A stretch of 64,000 bases of DNA from Candidatus Limnocylindria bacterium (lineage in GTDB: Bacteria; Chloroflexota; Limnocylindria; QHBO01). The DNA lies in the NCBI GenBank assembly GCA_036262075.1, contig DATAJO010000013.1, forward strand, positions 1,553-65,552. Direction: 5' to 3'. The translations under genes were made by a program, and so were the position numbers. The number at the start of each line of letters is the position of its first letter. The stretch's first letter is position 1. Shown in pieces: positions 39,231-53,956 of this stretch. The notes beneath the pieces are model-generated. The model did no database searches, was not told where the DNA came from, and worked only from the letters and a program-made list of their open reading frames with translations.

Positions 39231-39990
39231 GCTCGATCACCTCCCTGGCGAGATCGCGGAACGCCTGCGCCGCCGATGAGTTCGTTGCGTACTCGGTGAC
39301 GGGCCGTCCGGTGAGCGGTGCCTCGCCAAGCTTCACCGTGTTCTTGATCATCGTGTTGAAGACCCGATGGTCGCCGAGCTCCCTGAGGTTCTCGAGCATC
39401 TCCCGCGCGAGAACGGTGCGACCGTCGTAGAACGTCGGCAGCAGGCCGAGCACCTCGAGGTCGTGGTTGAGCTTCAGCTTGATGGTGTTGATGACCTTGA
39501 TGAGCGCCGTCAGGCCCTTGATGGCGTAGTACTGCGTCTGGACCGGGATGATCACCCGGCTCGACGCGACGAGGGAGTTGATCGTCAGCAGGCCGAGGGT
39601 CGGCGGGCAGTCGATGATCGCGACGTCGAACTGGCGCTCCGCCCAGCCGTCCAGCGCGTCGCGCAGGACCATCTCGCGGCCGATGGCGGTGAACAGCTCC
39701 ACTTCGGTCGACGCGAGCTCGAGCGTCGCGGGCGCGACCCACAGCCCCGGCGTCTCGGTCTCGCGGACGACCTCGTCGATGGCGACCCGTTCGTCGGACA
39801 GGACATCGGCCATCGATTGGCGAACGTCGGAGAGTGCGACGCCGAGCCCGACGGTGAGGTTCGCCTGCGGATCCATGTCGATGCACAGGACCCGGTAGCC
39901 GCGCTCCGCGAGCGCCCCGCCGAGGTTGATCGAGCAGGTCGTCTTGCCGACTCCGCCCTTCTGGTTCGCGATCGAGATTACCTTGGTCAA
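39223..39990 (-). CDS. parA: chromosome partitioning ATPase ParA/Soj
   Basis: Deviant Walker A NQKGGVGKTT plus CIDMDPQANLT; proposed TTG start at 39990 with an AGGTGA RBS. The stop overlaps the parB start. Confidence 0.85.
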   Translation of the reverse strand: MTKVISIANQKGGVGKTTCSINLGGALAERGYRVLCIDMDPQANLTVGLGVALSDVRQSMADVLSDERVAIDEVVRETETPGLWVAPATLELASTEVELFTAIGREMVLRDALDGWAERQFDVAIIDCPPTLGLLTINSLVASSRVIIPVQTQYYAIKGLTALIKVINTIKLKLNHDLEVLGLLPTFYDGRTVLAREMLENLRELGDHRVFNTMIKNTVKLGEAPLTGRPVTEYATNSSAAQAFRDLAREVIELG

Positions 39991-40162
39991 TGCTTCACCT
40001 GTGGTGCGGATCGGGCGGGAGAGGCCGAGAACACTACCGTCCCGATGATAGGCCGATGCGTTCGCGCGGCGCACCGGGGTTTTCCACAACGTGGAGAAAT
40101 GTCGATGTCGTTGTGCAAAGACATCTGGCTATACTCGAAGTTGTCCACCGTCGACGGGTGAA

Positions 40163-40238
40163 GGGCCCGTAGCTCAATGGTCAGAGCAACCGGCTCATAA
40201 CCGGACGGTCGCAGGTTCGATTCCTGCCGGGCCCACCA
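40163..40238 (+). tRNA. tRNA with CAU anticodon (elongator Met or lysidine-modified Ile2)
   Basis: 76 nt cloverleaf GGGCCCG...CGGGCCC-A-CCA with anticodon loop CTCATAA and T-loop GGTTCGATTCC. The G1-C72 pair argues against an initiator. Confidence 0.85.
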
Positions 40239-40269
40239 CCACCAGCCCCACATACGGAGGAAGTGCTGC

Positions 40270-41820
<1,551 letters not shown>

Positions 41821-41823
41821 CGC

Positions 41824-43341
41824 GTGGTGTCCTTGCGCAACGACACTCCGGCGCCTCCCTTCGAGCGGCTCCTCGTCGCCAACCGCGGCGAGATCGCCAT
41901 CCGGGTCATCCGGGCCTGTCGCGAGCTCGGGATCTCGCCGATCGCCGTCCATTCCGACGTCGACGCCGATGCGCTCCACGTCCGCCTGGCGGACCGGGGC
42001 GAGCAGATCGGGCCGGCGTCGGCGGCCGAGTCGTACCTGCGCATCGAGGCCGTCGTCGACGCGGCGCTGCGGTCCGGCGCCGAGGCCGTCCATCCCGGCT
42101 ACGGCTTCCTGTCGGAGAACGCCGCCTTCGCCGAGGCGGTCGAGTCCGCGGGGCTGACGTTCGTCGGGCCGCCGGCATCGGCGCTCCAGGCGCTCGGGAA
42201 CAAGCTCGCCGCCCGGCGGTCGGCGGAGGCCGCGGGCGTTCCGATCGTGCCGGGCACGACGGTGGCGCTCGGCGACGACCCGGCATCGGTCGAGGCGGTC
42301 GGCCTGCCGGTGATGCTCAAGGCGGCCGCCGGTGGGGGAGGGCGCGGGATGCGCCGGGTCGACCGGATCGAGGATCTGAAGGATGCCATGGCGGCCGCCC
42401 AGCGGGAGGCGACGGCAGCGTTCGGCGACGGCACGATCTACGTCGAGCGCGTCGTCAGCCCGGCCCGCCACGTCGAGGTGCAGCTGCTCGGCGACCGCCA
42501 CGGCGGCCTGGCCGTCCTCGGCGAGCGCGACTGCTCGGTCCAGCGCCGCCACCAGAAGCTCGTCGAGGAGTCGCCGTCGCCGGCGGTCGATCCTGCCACC
42601 CGCGAGGCGCTGTTCGAGAGCGCGCGGCGCGTGGCCCGGACGGTGGACTTCCACAACGCGGCGACGGTCGAGTTCCTCCTCGACGCCGGCGGCAGCCACT
42701 ACTTCCTCGAGATGAACACCCGGCTCCAGGTCGAGCACGGCGTGACCGAGCTCGTCACCGGGCTCGACCTCGTCGGCTGGCAGATCCGCGTCGCGGCGGG
42801 AGAGCGGCTGCCCCCGGAGGTCCTCGACGCGCCGCTCCACGGCCACGCCATCGAGGTCCGCGTCTACGCCGAGGACCCGTACGCCGGCTTTCGCCCGACC
42901 TCCGGCCGGGTCGGCGCCTGGGTCATGCCCTCCGGTCCCGGCGTCCGTGTCGACGCCGGCATCGAGGCCGATACCGACCTGCGGCCGGAGTACGACCCGC
43001 TGCTCGCCAAGCTCATGGTCCACGCGGACGACCGCGAGGCGGCGATCGCCCGGCTCCGCCGCGCCCTCGACGAGACCCACGTCGGCGGCCTGCAGACCGA
43101 CCTCGGCTTCCTCCGCTGGCTGCTCGAGGACGACGCCTTCGCCAGCGGCCGATACGACACCGGCCTGATCGCGGAGCGCTGGGGCGCCGGGCCGGCGCTG
43201 ATCGATGACGACGCGGCGCTCGCCGCCGCCGCGGCGGTCGCGGCCCGGGAGCTCGGGCCAGCGCGCACGGCCGCGCCGGGGACTGTCGACCGGGGCTCGG
43301 CGTGGGGCCGCCAGGCCAGGATCGAGGCGCTGCGCCGATGA
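41824..43341 (+). CDS. accC: biotin carboxylase subunit (acetyl/propionyl-CoA carboxylase alpha, without BCCP domain)
   Basis: ATP-grasp biotin carboxylase (VANRGEIAIRVIRA...; MLKAAAGGGGRGMR; EMNTRLQVEH); 505 aa. Confidence 0.9.
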   Translation: MVSLRNDTPAPPFERLLVANRGEIAIRVIRACRELGISPIAVHSDVDADALHVRLADRGEQIGPASAAESYLRIEAVVDAALRSGAEAVHPGYGFLSENAAFAEAVESAGLTFVGPPASALQALGNKLAARRSAEAAGVPIVPGTTVALGDDPASVEAVGLPVMLKAAAGGGGRGMRRVDRIEDLKDAMAAAQREATAAFGDGTIYVERVVSPARHVEVQLLGDRHGGLAVLGERDCSVQRRHQKLVEESPSPAVDPATREALFESARRVARTVDFHNAATVEFLLDAGGSHYFLEMNTRLQVEHGVTELVTGLDLVGWQIRVAAGERLPPEVLDAPLHGHAIEVRVYAEDPYAGFRPTSGRVGAWVMPSGPGVRVDAGIEADTDLRPEYDPLLAKLMVHADDREAAIARLRRALDETHVGGLQTDLGFLRWLLEDDAFASGRYDTGLIAERWGAGPALIDDDAALAAAAAVAARELGPARTAAPGTVDRGSAWGRQARIEALRR

Positions 43342-43802
43342 GGGACTACGAGGTCGAGGTCGACGGCGGCCGGCGGCGCCCGGCCGACGGCTGGCAGCTC
43401 GTCCTCGACGACCCGGACCACGGCGTCGGACGGCTCGTCAACGGCGAGCGGTCCATCCCGGTCGTCGTCGAGGGGTCGGGGAGCGAGTGGACGGTCACGC
43501 TCCGTGGCCGGCGCATCCCGGTCGCCGTGCGGACGTGGCGCGAGCGGCTCCTGGCCGAGGCCGCGACCGCCGCGCGGGTCCACAGTGGCCCGACCGTGGT
43601 GAAGGCCACGCTGCCCGGGCTCATCGTCGCCGTGGCGGTCGAGCCGGGCACGGCCGTCGAGGAGGGCGAGACGCTCCTCACCATCGAGGCGATGAAGATG
43701 CAGAACGAGGTCCGCGCACCCCGCGCCGGGACCGTCGTCGAGGTCGCCGTGGCCTCAGGCCAGACCGTCGCGACCGGGGCGGCGCTGGTCCAGATCGAGT
43801 AG
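43338..43802 (+). CDS. biotin carboxyl carrier protein (biotinyl/lipoyl domain)
   Basis: C-terminal biotinylation motif LTIEAMKMQNEV; the ATG overlaps the accC stop. Confidence 0.8.
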   Translation: MRDYEVEVDGGRRRPADGWQLVLDDPDHGVGRLVNGERSIPVVVEGSGSEWTVTLRGRRIPVAVRTWRERLLAEAATAARVHSGPTVVKATLPGLIVAVAVEPGTAVEEGETLLTIEAMKMQNEVRAPRAGTVVEVAVASGQTVATGAALVQIE

Positions 43803-44081
43803 CGCCAGCAGGCCGCGCTGGAGGATGGCGCCGGCCAGCGCCGCGAGGACGGCCACCGCGACGTCCAGGACGATCGCTACCCGGAAGCCGAAGAGGGACA
43901 CCTCGGGGCCGAGGGAGATCCCCAGCCGATGGCCGACGAGCCACAGCGCCCCGAAGGCGCTCAGGCTGGGGAGGAGCGGCGCCCACGGACGCCACGGACC
44001 GACGAGCCGCGCCGCCCCGACGCCGCAGGCGACGGAGAGGCTGGCGAACAGGCCGAGGAGGGCGTACGCGGCGGCTGGCAT
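43755..44081 (-). CDS. small membrane protein (hypothetical)
   Basis: 108 aa with three hydrophobic helices. Its 3' end overlaps the BCCP gene, so the call is weak. Confidence 0.25.
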   Translation of the reverse strand: MPAAAYALLGLFASLSVACGVGAARLVGPWRPWAPLLPSLSAFGALWLVGHRLGISLGPEVSLFGFRVAIVLDVAVAVLAALAGAILQRGLLALLDLDQRRPGRDGLA

Positions 44082-44118
44082 CGGTTCGAGTCTGCCACAC
44101 CGGTAGAATCGATGACCG

Positions 44119-45713
<1,595 letters not shown>

Positions 45714-45717
<4 letters not shown>

Positions 45718-46148
45718 GCGGCCCGCGCATCGGCCCGATCCACCACGTCGCCATCGTCGTCCGCTCGATCGACGAGTCGCTGCCGCGCTATCGGTCCCTG
45801 TTCGGGCTCGAGCCAGAGCGGCCGCCGTTCACCTTCGAGACCCAGCGGGTGCGGCTCTGCTTCCTGCCCACCGGCCCGGAGCCGGCGGCACGCCTCGAGC
45901 TGGTCGAGCCGATCGACGACGAGTCGGGGGTCGCGCGCTTCCTCGACGCCCGTGGCGAGGGCGTCCACCACGTCTGCCTCCTGACCGATGACCTGCCGTC
46001 GTCGCTCGAGGCGCTCGCGAGCCGCGAGGCCGAGCTCATCGACCGCGAGCCCCGGCCCGGGGCCCACGGGAGCGTCGCCTTCATCCATCCCCGCACGCTG
46101 AACGGCGTGCTGTGGGAGCTGCTCGCGACCGACGGCGAAGGCAGCTGA
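45714..46148 (+). CDS. mce: methylmalonyl-CoA epimerase (VOC family)
   Basis: [18 protein letters not shown]...[14 protein letters not shown] matches methylmalonyl-CoA epimerase / glyoxalase-I-like enzymes. The GTG overlaps the mutase stop. Confidence 0.75.
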
Positions 46149-46152
46149 CCCG

Positions 46153-46719
46153 ATGCGCGTCGGGGCGCTCATCGTCCTGGCCGGCCTCGTTGCATGTGCC
46201 GGCCCGCCGCCCACGCCGACGACGACGCCCGAGCCCGAGCTGCCGCTCCGCCCGGCCGTTCCGCCGCTGTGGCGGAACGTGCGGAGCGATGCTGGCGAGC
46301 TCCAGCTCGTCGTTCCGCCCGACCTCATCGTGTTCCACACGTCGGGGTCGATCCACGCGATGCGTGACGGTGATGCCGAGGTCCTGACGGTCGCCGCCGT
46401 ATCCCCGGGACAGCTCGTGCAGCCGCGCGGCGATCAGACTGCCGCGGAGTGGGCCGATGACGGCGGCTGGCTGACGGCCGGGCAGGGGAGCGTCGGCGAC
46501 GCGCCCGTCCGCAGCCGCGAGGTGCTGCTGCCGGCCGGCCCCGCGATCGAGCTCACGACGGCGTACGAGCTGGGCGAGGCGGGCACCCGGTGGACGATGC
46601 TCTACCTCATCCGGACCGCCAATGGCTACGGGCTGCTCCAGGTGGGCGGTCCCGGTCAGCCGCCCGACGAGCCGCCGGACGAGGTCCGCCTCATGCGCGA
46701 GCTGATCGCGTTCGACTAG
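46153..46719 (+). CDS. lipoprotein (hypothetical)
   Basis: Signal peptide with a lipobox (LAGLVACAG), a Pro/Thr linker, and a ~150 aa domain of unknown function. Confidence 0.45.
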   Translation: MRVGALIVLAGLVACAGPPPTPTTTPEPELPLRPAVPPLWRNVRSDAGELQLVVPPDLIVFHTSGSIHAMRDGDAEVLTVAAVSPGQLVQPRGDQTAAEWADDGGWLTAGQGSVGDAPVRSREVLLPAGPAIELTTAYELGEAGTRWTMLYLIRTANGYGLLQVGGPGQPPDEPPDEVRLMRELIAFD

Positions 46720-46766
46720 GGTCAGACCGCGGGCGCGGGAAGCGCGTCCCTCGTCGAGCCCGAGGC

Positions 46767-47644
46767 TCAGCGGACGCCGGCGTCGCGCAGCAGCTGCGGG
46801 ATGTGCGACGGGGAGTCGGCCACGCGCACGCCCGCCTTCTCGAGCGCCACGCGCTTCGACTCGGCGGTGCCGCCGCCGGTGGTCGAGATGATCGCGCCGG
46901 CGTGGCCCATCCGGCGTCCGGGCGGGGCCGTGCGGCCGGCGATGAAGGCCGCCATCGGCTTGCGCACCTCGCGCGCGATGAACGCCGCCGCCTTCTCCTC
47001 CTCCTCGCCGCCGATCTCGCCGATCATCACGATCGCCTCGGTCTCGGGGTCCTGGTTGAAGAGGTCGAGGACGTCGATGAACGTCGTGCCGACGATCGGG
47101 TCGCCGCCGATGCCGACGCAGGTCGACTGGCCCATGCCGGCATCGGTCATGGCCTGCACCACCTCGTAGGTCAGCGTGCCCGAGCGCGAGACGAGGCCGA
47201 CCGAGCCCGGCCGATGGATGTCGCCGGGAATGATCCCGACCTTGGCCTCGCCGACGGTCGTCAGGCCCGGGCAGTTCGGCCCGATGAGCCGCGTGCCCTT
47301 CTGCTTGAGGACGTGGTAGACGCGGAGCATGTCGAGGGCCGGTACGCCCTCGGTGATGCACACGACGAGCGGGACGTTCGCCGCCGATGCTTCGAGCATC
47401 GCGTCGGGCGCGAAGGCGGCCGGGACGAAGATGACCGATGCGTTCGCGCCGGTCTGCTCCACGGCGTCGGCGACGGTGTCGAACACCGGGACGCGGCCGT
47501 CGAGCGCGGCCTGGCCGCCCTTGCCGGGCGTGACGCCGGCGACGATGTTCGTGCCGTACGCGAGCATCGCCTCGGAGTGGAAGGCGCCCTCGCGGCCGGT
47601 GATGCCCTGGACGAGGAGCCGCGTGTCGCGGTTGACGAGGATGC

Positions 47645-47648
<4 letters not shown>
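46767..47648 (-). CDS. sucD: succinate--CoA ligase [ADP/GDP-forming] alpha subunit
   Basis: CoA-binding motif [10 protein letters not shown] and phosphohistidine loop GHAGAII; the GTG start at 47648 overlaps the sucC stop. Confidence 0.9.
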
Positions 47649-48786
<1,138 letters not shown>

Positions 48787-49006
48787 AAGACGGCTCTCCC
48801 TCGCAGCGACGGCAGGCACGGGGCGACCGGTGGCACGTTCGCGGTCCGGCGATTGTACCGATGCGGCCGCCGCCGCAGCGGCGCATCGGCTCGTCGACGA
48901 GCGGCTGGGCAGCTCCGCCGGCTGAGCGCGGCCGACCGCCGCGCCCGTACACTGTCGGGCGCACCGGCCGACGCTGTGAGCGGCCGCACGTGGAGACACA
49001 CGCACC

Positions 49007-50020
49007 GTGACCTACACCGTGACCCTGATCCCCGGCGACGGCATCGGCCCGGAGCTGGCGGACGCCGCCCGCACTGTCCTGGAGGCGACGGGCATCGAAT
49101 TCGAGTGGGACGTCCAGGACGCCGGCGAGGCGACGATCGCGACCGAGGGGACGCCGCTCCCTGACCGCGTGATCGAGTCGATCCGGCGCAACGGCGTCGG
49201 CCTCAAGGGGCCGATCACCACGCCGGTGGGGTCGGGCTTCCGATCGGTCAACGTGTCGCTGCGCAAGGAGCTCGAGCTCTACGCCAACGTCCGGCCGGCG
49301 CGGTCGATGGCCGGCGTCGAGAGCCGCTACGAGAACGTCGACCTCATCGTCGTGCGCGAGAACACCGAGGACCTGTACGCCGGCGTCGAGCACATGGTCG
49401 GGCCGGATGCGGCCGAGTCGATCAAGATCATCACCCGCGCCGCGTCGCAGCGCATCGCGCGCTACGCGTTCGAGTACGCGGTGAAGAACGGCCGCCGCAA
49501 GGTCACCGCCGTCCACAAGGCGAACATCATGAAGCTGTCCGACGGCCTGTTCCTCGAGAGCTGCCAGCAGGTCGCCGCCGACTACGCCGGCCGGGTCGAG
49601 TTCGAGGACCGCATCGTCGACAACATGTGCATGCAGCTCGTCCAGAAGCCCGAGCTGTACGACGTCCTCGTCCTGCCGAACCTGTACGGCGACATCGTGT
49701 CCGACCTCGCCGCCGGCCTCGTCGGCGGCCTGGGCGTGGCCCCGGGCGCGAACATCGGCGAGAAGGCGGCGGTGTTCGAGCCGGTCCACGGCTCCGCGCC
49801 GAAGTACGCGGGCCAGAACAAGGCCAACCCGACGGCGCTCATCCTGTCCGGCGCGCTCATGCTCCGCCACCTCGGCGAGCTCGACGCGGCCGACGCGGTC
49901 GAGACCGCGGTCCGCGACGTCATCGCCGAGGGCAAGACGGTGACGTACGACCTCGGTGGATCGACCGGCACCCGCGAGTTCGGAGAGGCCGTCGCGGATC
50001 GAGTCCGGCGAGCAGCCTGA
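49007..50020 (+). CDS. icd: isocitrate dehydrogenase, NAD-type (isocitrate/isopropylmalate DH family)
   Basis: 337 aa; family motifs [18 protein letters not shown] and [19 protein letters not shown]. Confidence 0.85.
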   Translation: MTYTVTLIPGDGIGPELADAARTVLEATGIEFEWDVQDAGEATIATEGTPLPDRVIESIRRNGVGLKGPITTPVGSGFRSVNVSLRKELELYANVRPARSMAGVESRYENVDLIVVRENTEDLYAGVEHMVGPDAAESIKIITRAASQRIARYAFEYAVKNGRRKVTAVHKANIMKLSDGLFLESCQQVAADYAGRVEFEDRIVDNMCMQLVQKPELYDVLVLPNLYGDIVSDLAAGLVGGLGVAPGANIGEKAAVFEPVHGSAPKYAGQNKANPTALILSGALMLRHLGELDAADAVETAVRDVIAEGKTVTYDLGGSTGTREFGEAVADRVRRAA

Positions 50021-50096
50021 CGGCGAATTAGAATCGGGGGGCCGCTAGTTCCGTGCCGCCCGCAGGGCGGCGCCCCGAGGGAGGTGAAGCACGCCC

Positions 50097-50471
50097 GTGA
50101 ACCGGCTGTTCGGATACCAGGTCTCCTGGGCGGAGCTGGCCTGGTTCGGCCACCGCGTCAGCGGCCTCGGCGTGCTCCTCTACCTGTTCATGCACATCGT
50201 CGAGACCTCGACCGTGCTGCTCGGCCCGGACGTCTACGACGCGGCCGTCGGGATCTTCAAGAACCTGCCGGCGCGGTTGCTCGAGGTGCTGCTCATGGCG
50301 GCCGTCGTGTACCACGCCCTCAACGGCCTGCGCGTCATCGCCATGGACTTCTTCCCGGGCCTGACGATCTGGTACCGGCCGCTGACGTACGGCGTCATCG
50401 CCGCGACCGTCATCGCCATGGTCCCGCTCGGCCTGATCATGATCACCCCGTTCATGCCGTGGGGCGCCTGA
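50097..50471 (+). CDS. sdhC: succinate dehydrogenase cytochrome b subunit
   Basis: Three-TM protein with conserved His residues in helices (HRVSGLG...; HALNGLR), first gene of the sdh operon. Confidence 0.8.
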   Translation: MNRLFGYQVSWAELAWFGHRVSGLGVLLYLFMHIVETSTVLLGPDVYDAAVGIFKNLPARLLEVLLMAAVVYHALNGLRVIAMDFFPGLTIWYRPLTYGVIAATVIAMVPLGLIMITPFMPWGA

Positions 50472-50475
50472 GCCG

Positions 50476-50925
50476 ATGACGACCAGTGTCGGACGCCGTC
50501 GCGTCATCTACTCCAACCCGTCGCGGGCCGCGCGCCCGCTCCCGGAGGCCTCCGGCCGCGAGCGGTTCTGGTGGTACTTCATGCGCCTGTCGGGGCTGGC
50601 GCTCGTCCTCCTCGTCCTCGGGCACATGTTCATCATGCACGTGCTCGTCGTGTTCGCCGGCCAGGAGATCGACTTCGCGTTCGTCCAGAGCCGATGGGGG
50701 ACGCCGTTCTGGCGCATCTACGACGGCCTCCTCCTCGTCCTCGCCTTCGTCCACGGCGCACGGGGCGCCCGTACCGTCATCACCGACTACGTGACCAACC
50801 GGACGGCCCGCAGCCTCGTCATCGGCGTCCTGCTGGCACTCGCCGGCATCTGGCTCATCCTCGGCGTGCTCGTCCTGATCTTCTTCGACCCGGGCGTGCA
50901 CAGCGTGTCGGGGCCGGTGTCGTGA
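50476..50925 (+). CDS. sdhD: succinate dehydrogenase hydrophobic membrane anchor subunit
   Basis: Three-TM small subunit with a heme-ligand His (LGHMFIMH), located between sdhC and sdhA. Confidence 0.75.
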   Translation: MTTSVGRRRVIYSNPSRAARPLPEASGRERFWWYFMRLSGLALVLLVLGHMFIMHVLVVFAGQEIDFAFVQSRWGTPFWRIYDGLLLVLAFVHGARGARTVITDYVTNRTARSLVIGVLLALAGIWLILGVLVLIFFDPGVHSVSGPVS

Positions 50926-52715
50926 CGCTGGCCCGGGTCGGGCGGCCGCGCATTCCGCCCACGCACGTCCACGAGCTCGACGCCGTCGTCGTCGGCGCCG
51001 GCGGGGCCGGCCTGTACGCCGCGCTCGAGCTGAAGCAGGAGCTCGGGCCGGAGGCCCGCATCGGCGTCATCAGCAAGCTCTACCCCAGCCGCTCCCATAC
51101 CGGCGCCGCCCAGGGCGGGGTGTGCGCCGCGCTCGGCAACTCCGAGGAGGACCACTGGGAGTGGCACTGGTTCGACACGGTCAAGGGCGGCGACTACCTG
51201 GTCGACCAGGACGCGGCCGAGGTCATGTGCCGCGACGCGATCGACACGATCATCAACCTCGAGCACCTCGGCCTGCCGTTCGACCGCACCGAGGACGGGC
51301 TCATCGCCCAGCGGCGCTTCGGCGGCCATACCCGCAACTACGGCGAGGGCCCGGTGCGGCGCTCCTGCTTCGCCGCCGACCGGACCGGCCACGCCATCCT
51401 CCAGACCCTGTTCCAGCAGTGCATCCGGCACGACGTCACGTTCTTCGACGAGTACCAGGTTCTCGACCTCGCCATGCCGGCGGGGCCCGATGGGCCGGTC
51501 ACCGGGGTCATCGGCCTCCAGCTGGCGACGACCGAGCTCCACGCCTTCCGGGCCAGGGTCGTCCTGTTCGCGACCGGCGGCTACGGCAAGATCTTCAAGG
51601 TCACCTCGAACGCCCACACCCTGACCGGTGACGGGATGGCGATCCCGTACCGCCGTGGCCTGCCGCTCGAGGACATGGAGTTCTTCCAGTTCCACCCGAC
51701 CGGCATGTACAAGCTCGGCTTCCTCCTGTCCGAGGCGATGCGCGGCGAGGGCGGCTTCCTCGTCAACAACGAGGGCGAGCGCTTCATGGAGCGCTACGCG
51801 CCGACGATGAAGGACCTGGCCTCGCGCGACGTCGTGTCGCGCTCGATCTACCTCGAGATCGCCGAGGGGCGGGGCATCAACGGCGAGGACTACGTGTACC
51901 TCGACGTGCGGCACCTCGGCGCCGAGGTCCTGAACAAGAAGCTGCCCGACATGAGCGGCTTCATCCGCACCTACTTCGGCCTCGAGCCATTGACCGACCT
52001 CGTGCCGATCCAGCCGACCGCGCACTACGCCATGGGCGGCATCCCGACCGACATCGACGGCCGCGCCCTCCGCAACGCGGCGAACGAGCCCGTGCCCGGG
52101 TTCTACGCGGCAGGGGAGTGCGCCTGCGTCAGCGTCCACGGCGCGAACCGGCTCGGCACGAACTCGCTGCTCGACATCCTCGTCTTCGGCCGCCGGGCCG
52201 GGAAGCGGATGGCGACCGACCTTCGCGACCTGCCCGATCCGGAGCCCGACGTCGAGGCCGAGGCCAACGCCCAGGAGCGGGTCGACGCGCTCCTCGCCGG
52301 CGGGGACGGCGAGCGGCCGGCGGTCATCCGCAGCGAGCTCCAGGAGGTGATGTTCAGCAAGTGCGGCGTGTACCGCACCCAGGAGCTCCTGACCGAGGCG
52401 CGCGACACGATCGCCGGCCTTCGCGAGCGCGCCGAGCGGCTCCACCTCGACGACCGCGGCTGTCGCTACAACACCGACCTCGGCGAGGCGCTCGAGCTCG
52501 GTCACCTCCTTGACTGCGCCGAGGCGACCGTCGCGTCGGCCCTGGCACGCAAGGAGAGCCGCGGCGGCCACGCGCGGGAGGACTACCCCGAGCGCGACGA
52601 CGCGAACTGGCTCAAGCACACGCTCGCGCGGCGTGATCTCGAGAGCGGCATGGTCGAGCTCGACTACAAGCCGGTCACGATCACGAAGTTCGAGCCGAAG
52701 CCGCGGGTGTACTGA
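50922..52715 (+). CDS. sdhA: succinate dehydrogenase flavoprotein subunit
   Basis: FAD Rossmann fold (DAVVVGAGGAGL), covalent-FAD histidine region (RSHTGAAQGG), and catalytic H/R residues; the GTG at 50922 overlaps the sdhD stop. Confidence 0.95.
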   Translation: MTLARVGRPRIPPTHVHELDAVVVGAGGAGLYAALELKQELGPEARIGVISKLYPSRSHTGAAQGGVCAALGNSEEDHWEWHWFDTVKGGDYLVDQDAAEVMCRDAIDTIINLEHLGLPFDRTEDGLIAQRRFGGHTRNYGEGPVRRSCFAADRTGHAILQTLFQQCIRHDVTFFDEYQVLDLAMPAGPDGPVTGVIGLQLATTELHAFRARVVLFATGGYGKIFKVTSNAHTLTGDGMAIPYRRGLPLEDMEFFQFHPTGMYKLGFLLSEAMRGEGGFLVNNEGERFMERYAPTMKDLASRDVVSRSIYLEIAEGRGINGEDYVYLDVRHLGAEVLNKKLPDMSGFIRTYFGLEPLTDLVPIQPTAHYAMGGIPTDIDGRALRNAANEPVPGFYAAGECACVSVHGANRLGTNSLLDILVFGRRAGKRMATDLRDLPDPEPDVEAEANAQERVDALLAGGDGERPAVIRSELQEVMFSKCGVYRTQELLTEARDTIAGLRERAERLHLDDRGCRYNTDLGEALELGHLLDCAEATVASALARKESRGGHAREDYPERDDANWLKHTLARRDLESGMVELDYKPVTITKFEPKPRVY

Positions 52716-52718
52716 CCG

Positions 52719-53429
52719 ATGACCATGGACGTTCGGCTCCGCATCCGCCGATTCAACCCCGAGATCGACCGCGAGCCCCACTGGGAGGAGTACGCGGTCA
52801 CGGCCGAGCCCACCGACCGGGTGCTCGACCTCCTCCACCAGGTGAAGTGGTACGAGGACGGCACGCTCACCTTCCGCCGATCCTGCGCCCACGGCGTGTG
52901 CGGTTCGGACGCGATGCTCATCAACGGCCGCAACCGCCTCGCGTGCGAGTACCTCGTCAAGGACGCCGGCACCGATATCACCGTCGAGGCCATCCGCGGC
53001 CTGCCGATCGTCAAGGACCTCCTCGTCGACATGGAGCCGTTCTGGGAGTCGTATCGGTCCGTGAAGCCGTTCCTCGTCAACGACGAGATCCCCGAGGACG
53101 GCCGGGAGCGCCGCCAGTCGCCGGCCGACCGGGAGCGCTACGAGGACACGAGCCGCTGCATCCTGTGCGCGGCCTGCACGACGGCCTGCCCGATCTTCTG
53201 GAACGACCAGGCCTACGTCGGTCCGGCGGCGATCGTGAACGCGCATCGGTTCATATTCGACACGCGCGACACGGCCCACGAGGAGCGGCTCCAGATCATG
53301 GCCGACCCCGACGGCGTGTGGCGCTGCCGCACGACGTTCAACTGCGTCGAGGCCTGCCCACGGGACATCAAGGTCACGAAGGCCATCCTCGAGGTCACGA
53401 ACGAGATCGGCCGGGCCGGCATTCGGTGA
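52719..53429 (+). CDS. sdhB: succinate dehydrogenase iron-sulfur subunit
   Basis: 2Fe-2S ferredoxin motif CAHGVCGSDAM...C, 4Fe-4S motif CILCAACTTAC...P, and 3Fe-4S motif CVEACP. Confidence 0.9.
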   Translation: MTMDVRLRIRRFNPEIDREPHWEEYAVTAEPTDRVLDLLHQVKWYEDGTLTFRRSCAHGVCGSDAMLINGRNRLACEYLVKDAGTDITVEAIRGLPIVKDLLVDMEPFWESYRSVKPFLVNDEIPEDGRERRQSPADRERYEDTSRCILCAACTTACPIFWNDQAYVGPAAIVNAHRFIFDTRDTAHEERLQIMADPDGVWRCRTTFNCVEACPRDIKVTKAILEVTNEIGRAGIR

Positions 53430-53863
53430 GGCTCCTCATCCACACCGATGGCGCGGCGCGCGGCAACCCCGGTCCCGCCGGCGCCGGCGCCGTACTGCGC
53501 GACGTGGCGACCGGTGAGGTCGTCGCCGAGATCGCCGAGCCGCTGGGCTGGGCCACGAACAACGTCGCCGAGTGGACAGCCGTCCGCCTCGCGCTCGAGG
53601 AGGCGCGCCGGCTCGGCGCCACGCACGTCGACCTGCGCATGGACTCCGAGCTCGTCGCGCGCCAGATCAACGGCATCTACCGCGTGAAGCATCCCGACCT
53701 CAAGCCGATCCACGCCGCGGTGATGGACATGCTGCGCAGCTTCGACGGCTACACCGTCGGCCACGTCCCGCGCGAGCTGAACAAGGACGCCGATCGGCTG
53801 AGCAACGTCGCCATCGATGGCCCGCCGGAGCGCCGGCGGCTGGGCGGCGCTCGCCTGGAGTAG
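53426..53863 (+). CDS. rnhA: ribonuclease HI
   Basis: HTDGAARGNPGPAG...NNVAEWTA...DSELV contains the DEDD catalytic residues of RNase H1. The GTG overlaps the sdhB stop. Confidence 0.8.
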   Translation: MRLLIHTDGAARGNPGPAGAGAVLRDVATGEVVAEIAEPLGWATNNVAEWTAVRLALEEARRLGATHVDLRMDSELVARQINGIYRVKHPDLKPIHAAVMDMLRSFDGYTVGHVPRELNKDADRLSNVAIDGPPERRRLGGARLE

Positions 53864-53900
53864 GCGGGGCACCGCAGACCTCGCGCGTCCCCGGGCATGA

Positions 53901-53948
53901 GCGCCCTTCGCACTGAGCGCCCTTCGCACTGAGCGCCCTTCGCATTGA
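53901..53948. repeat. 16-bp tandem repeat x3 (GAGCGCCCTTCGCACT)
   Basis: Three head-to-tail copies (the third has one mismatch) immediately after rnhA and leading into the larger array. Confidence 0.8.
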
Positions 53949-53956
53949 GCGCCTGC

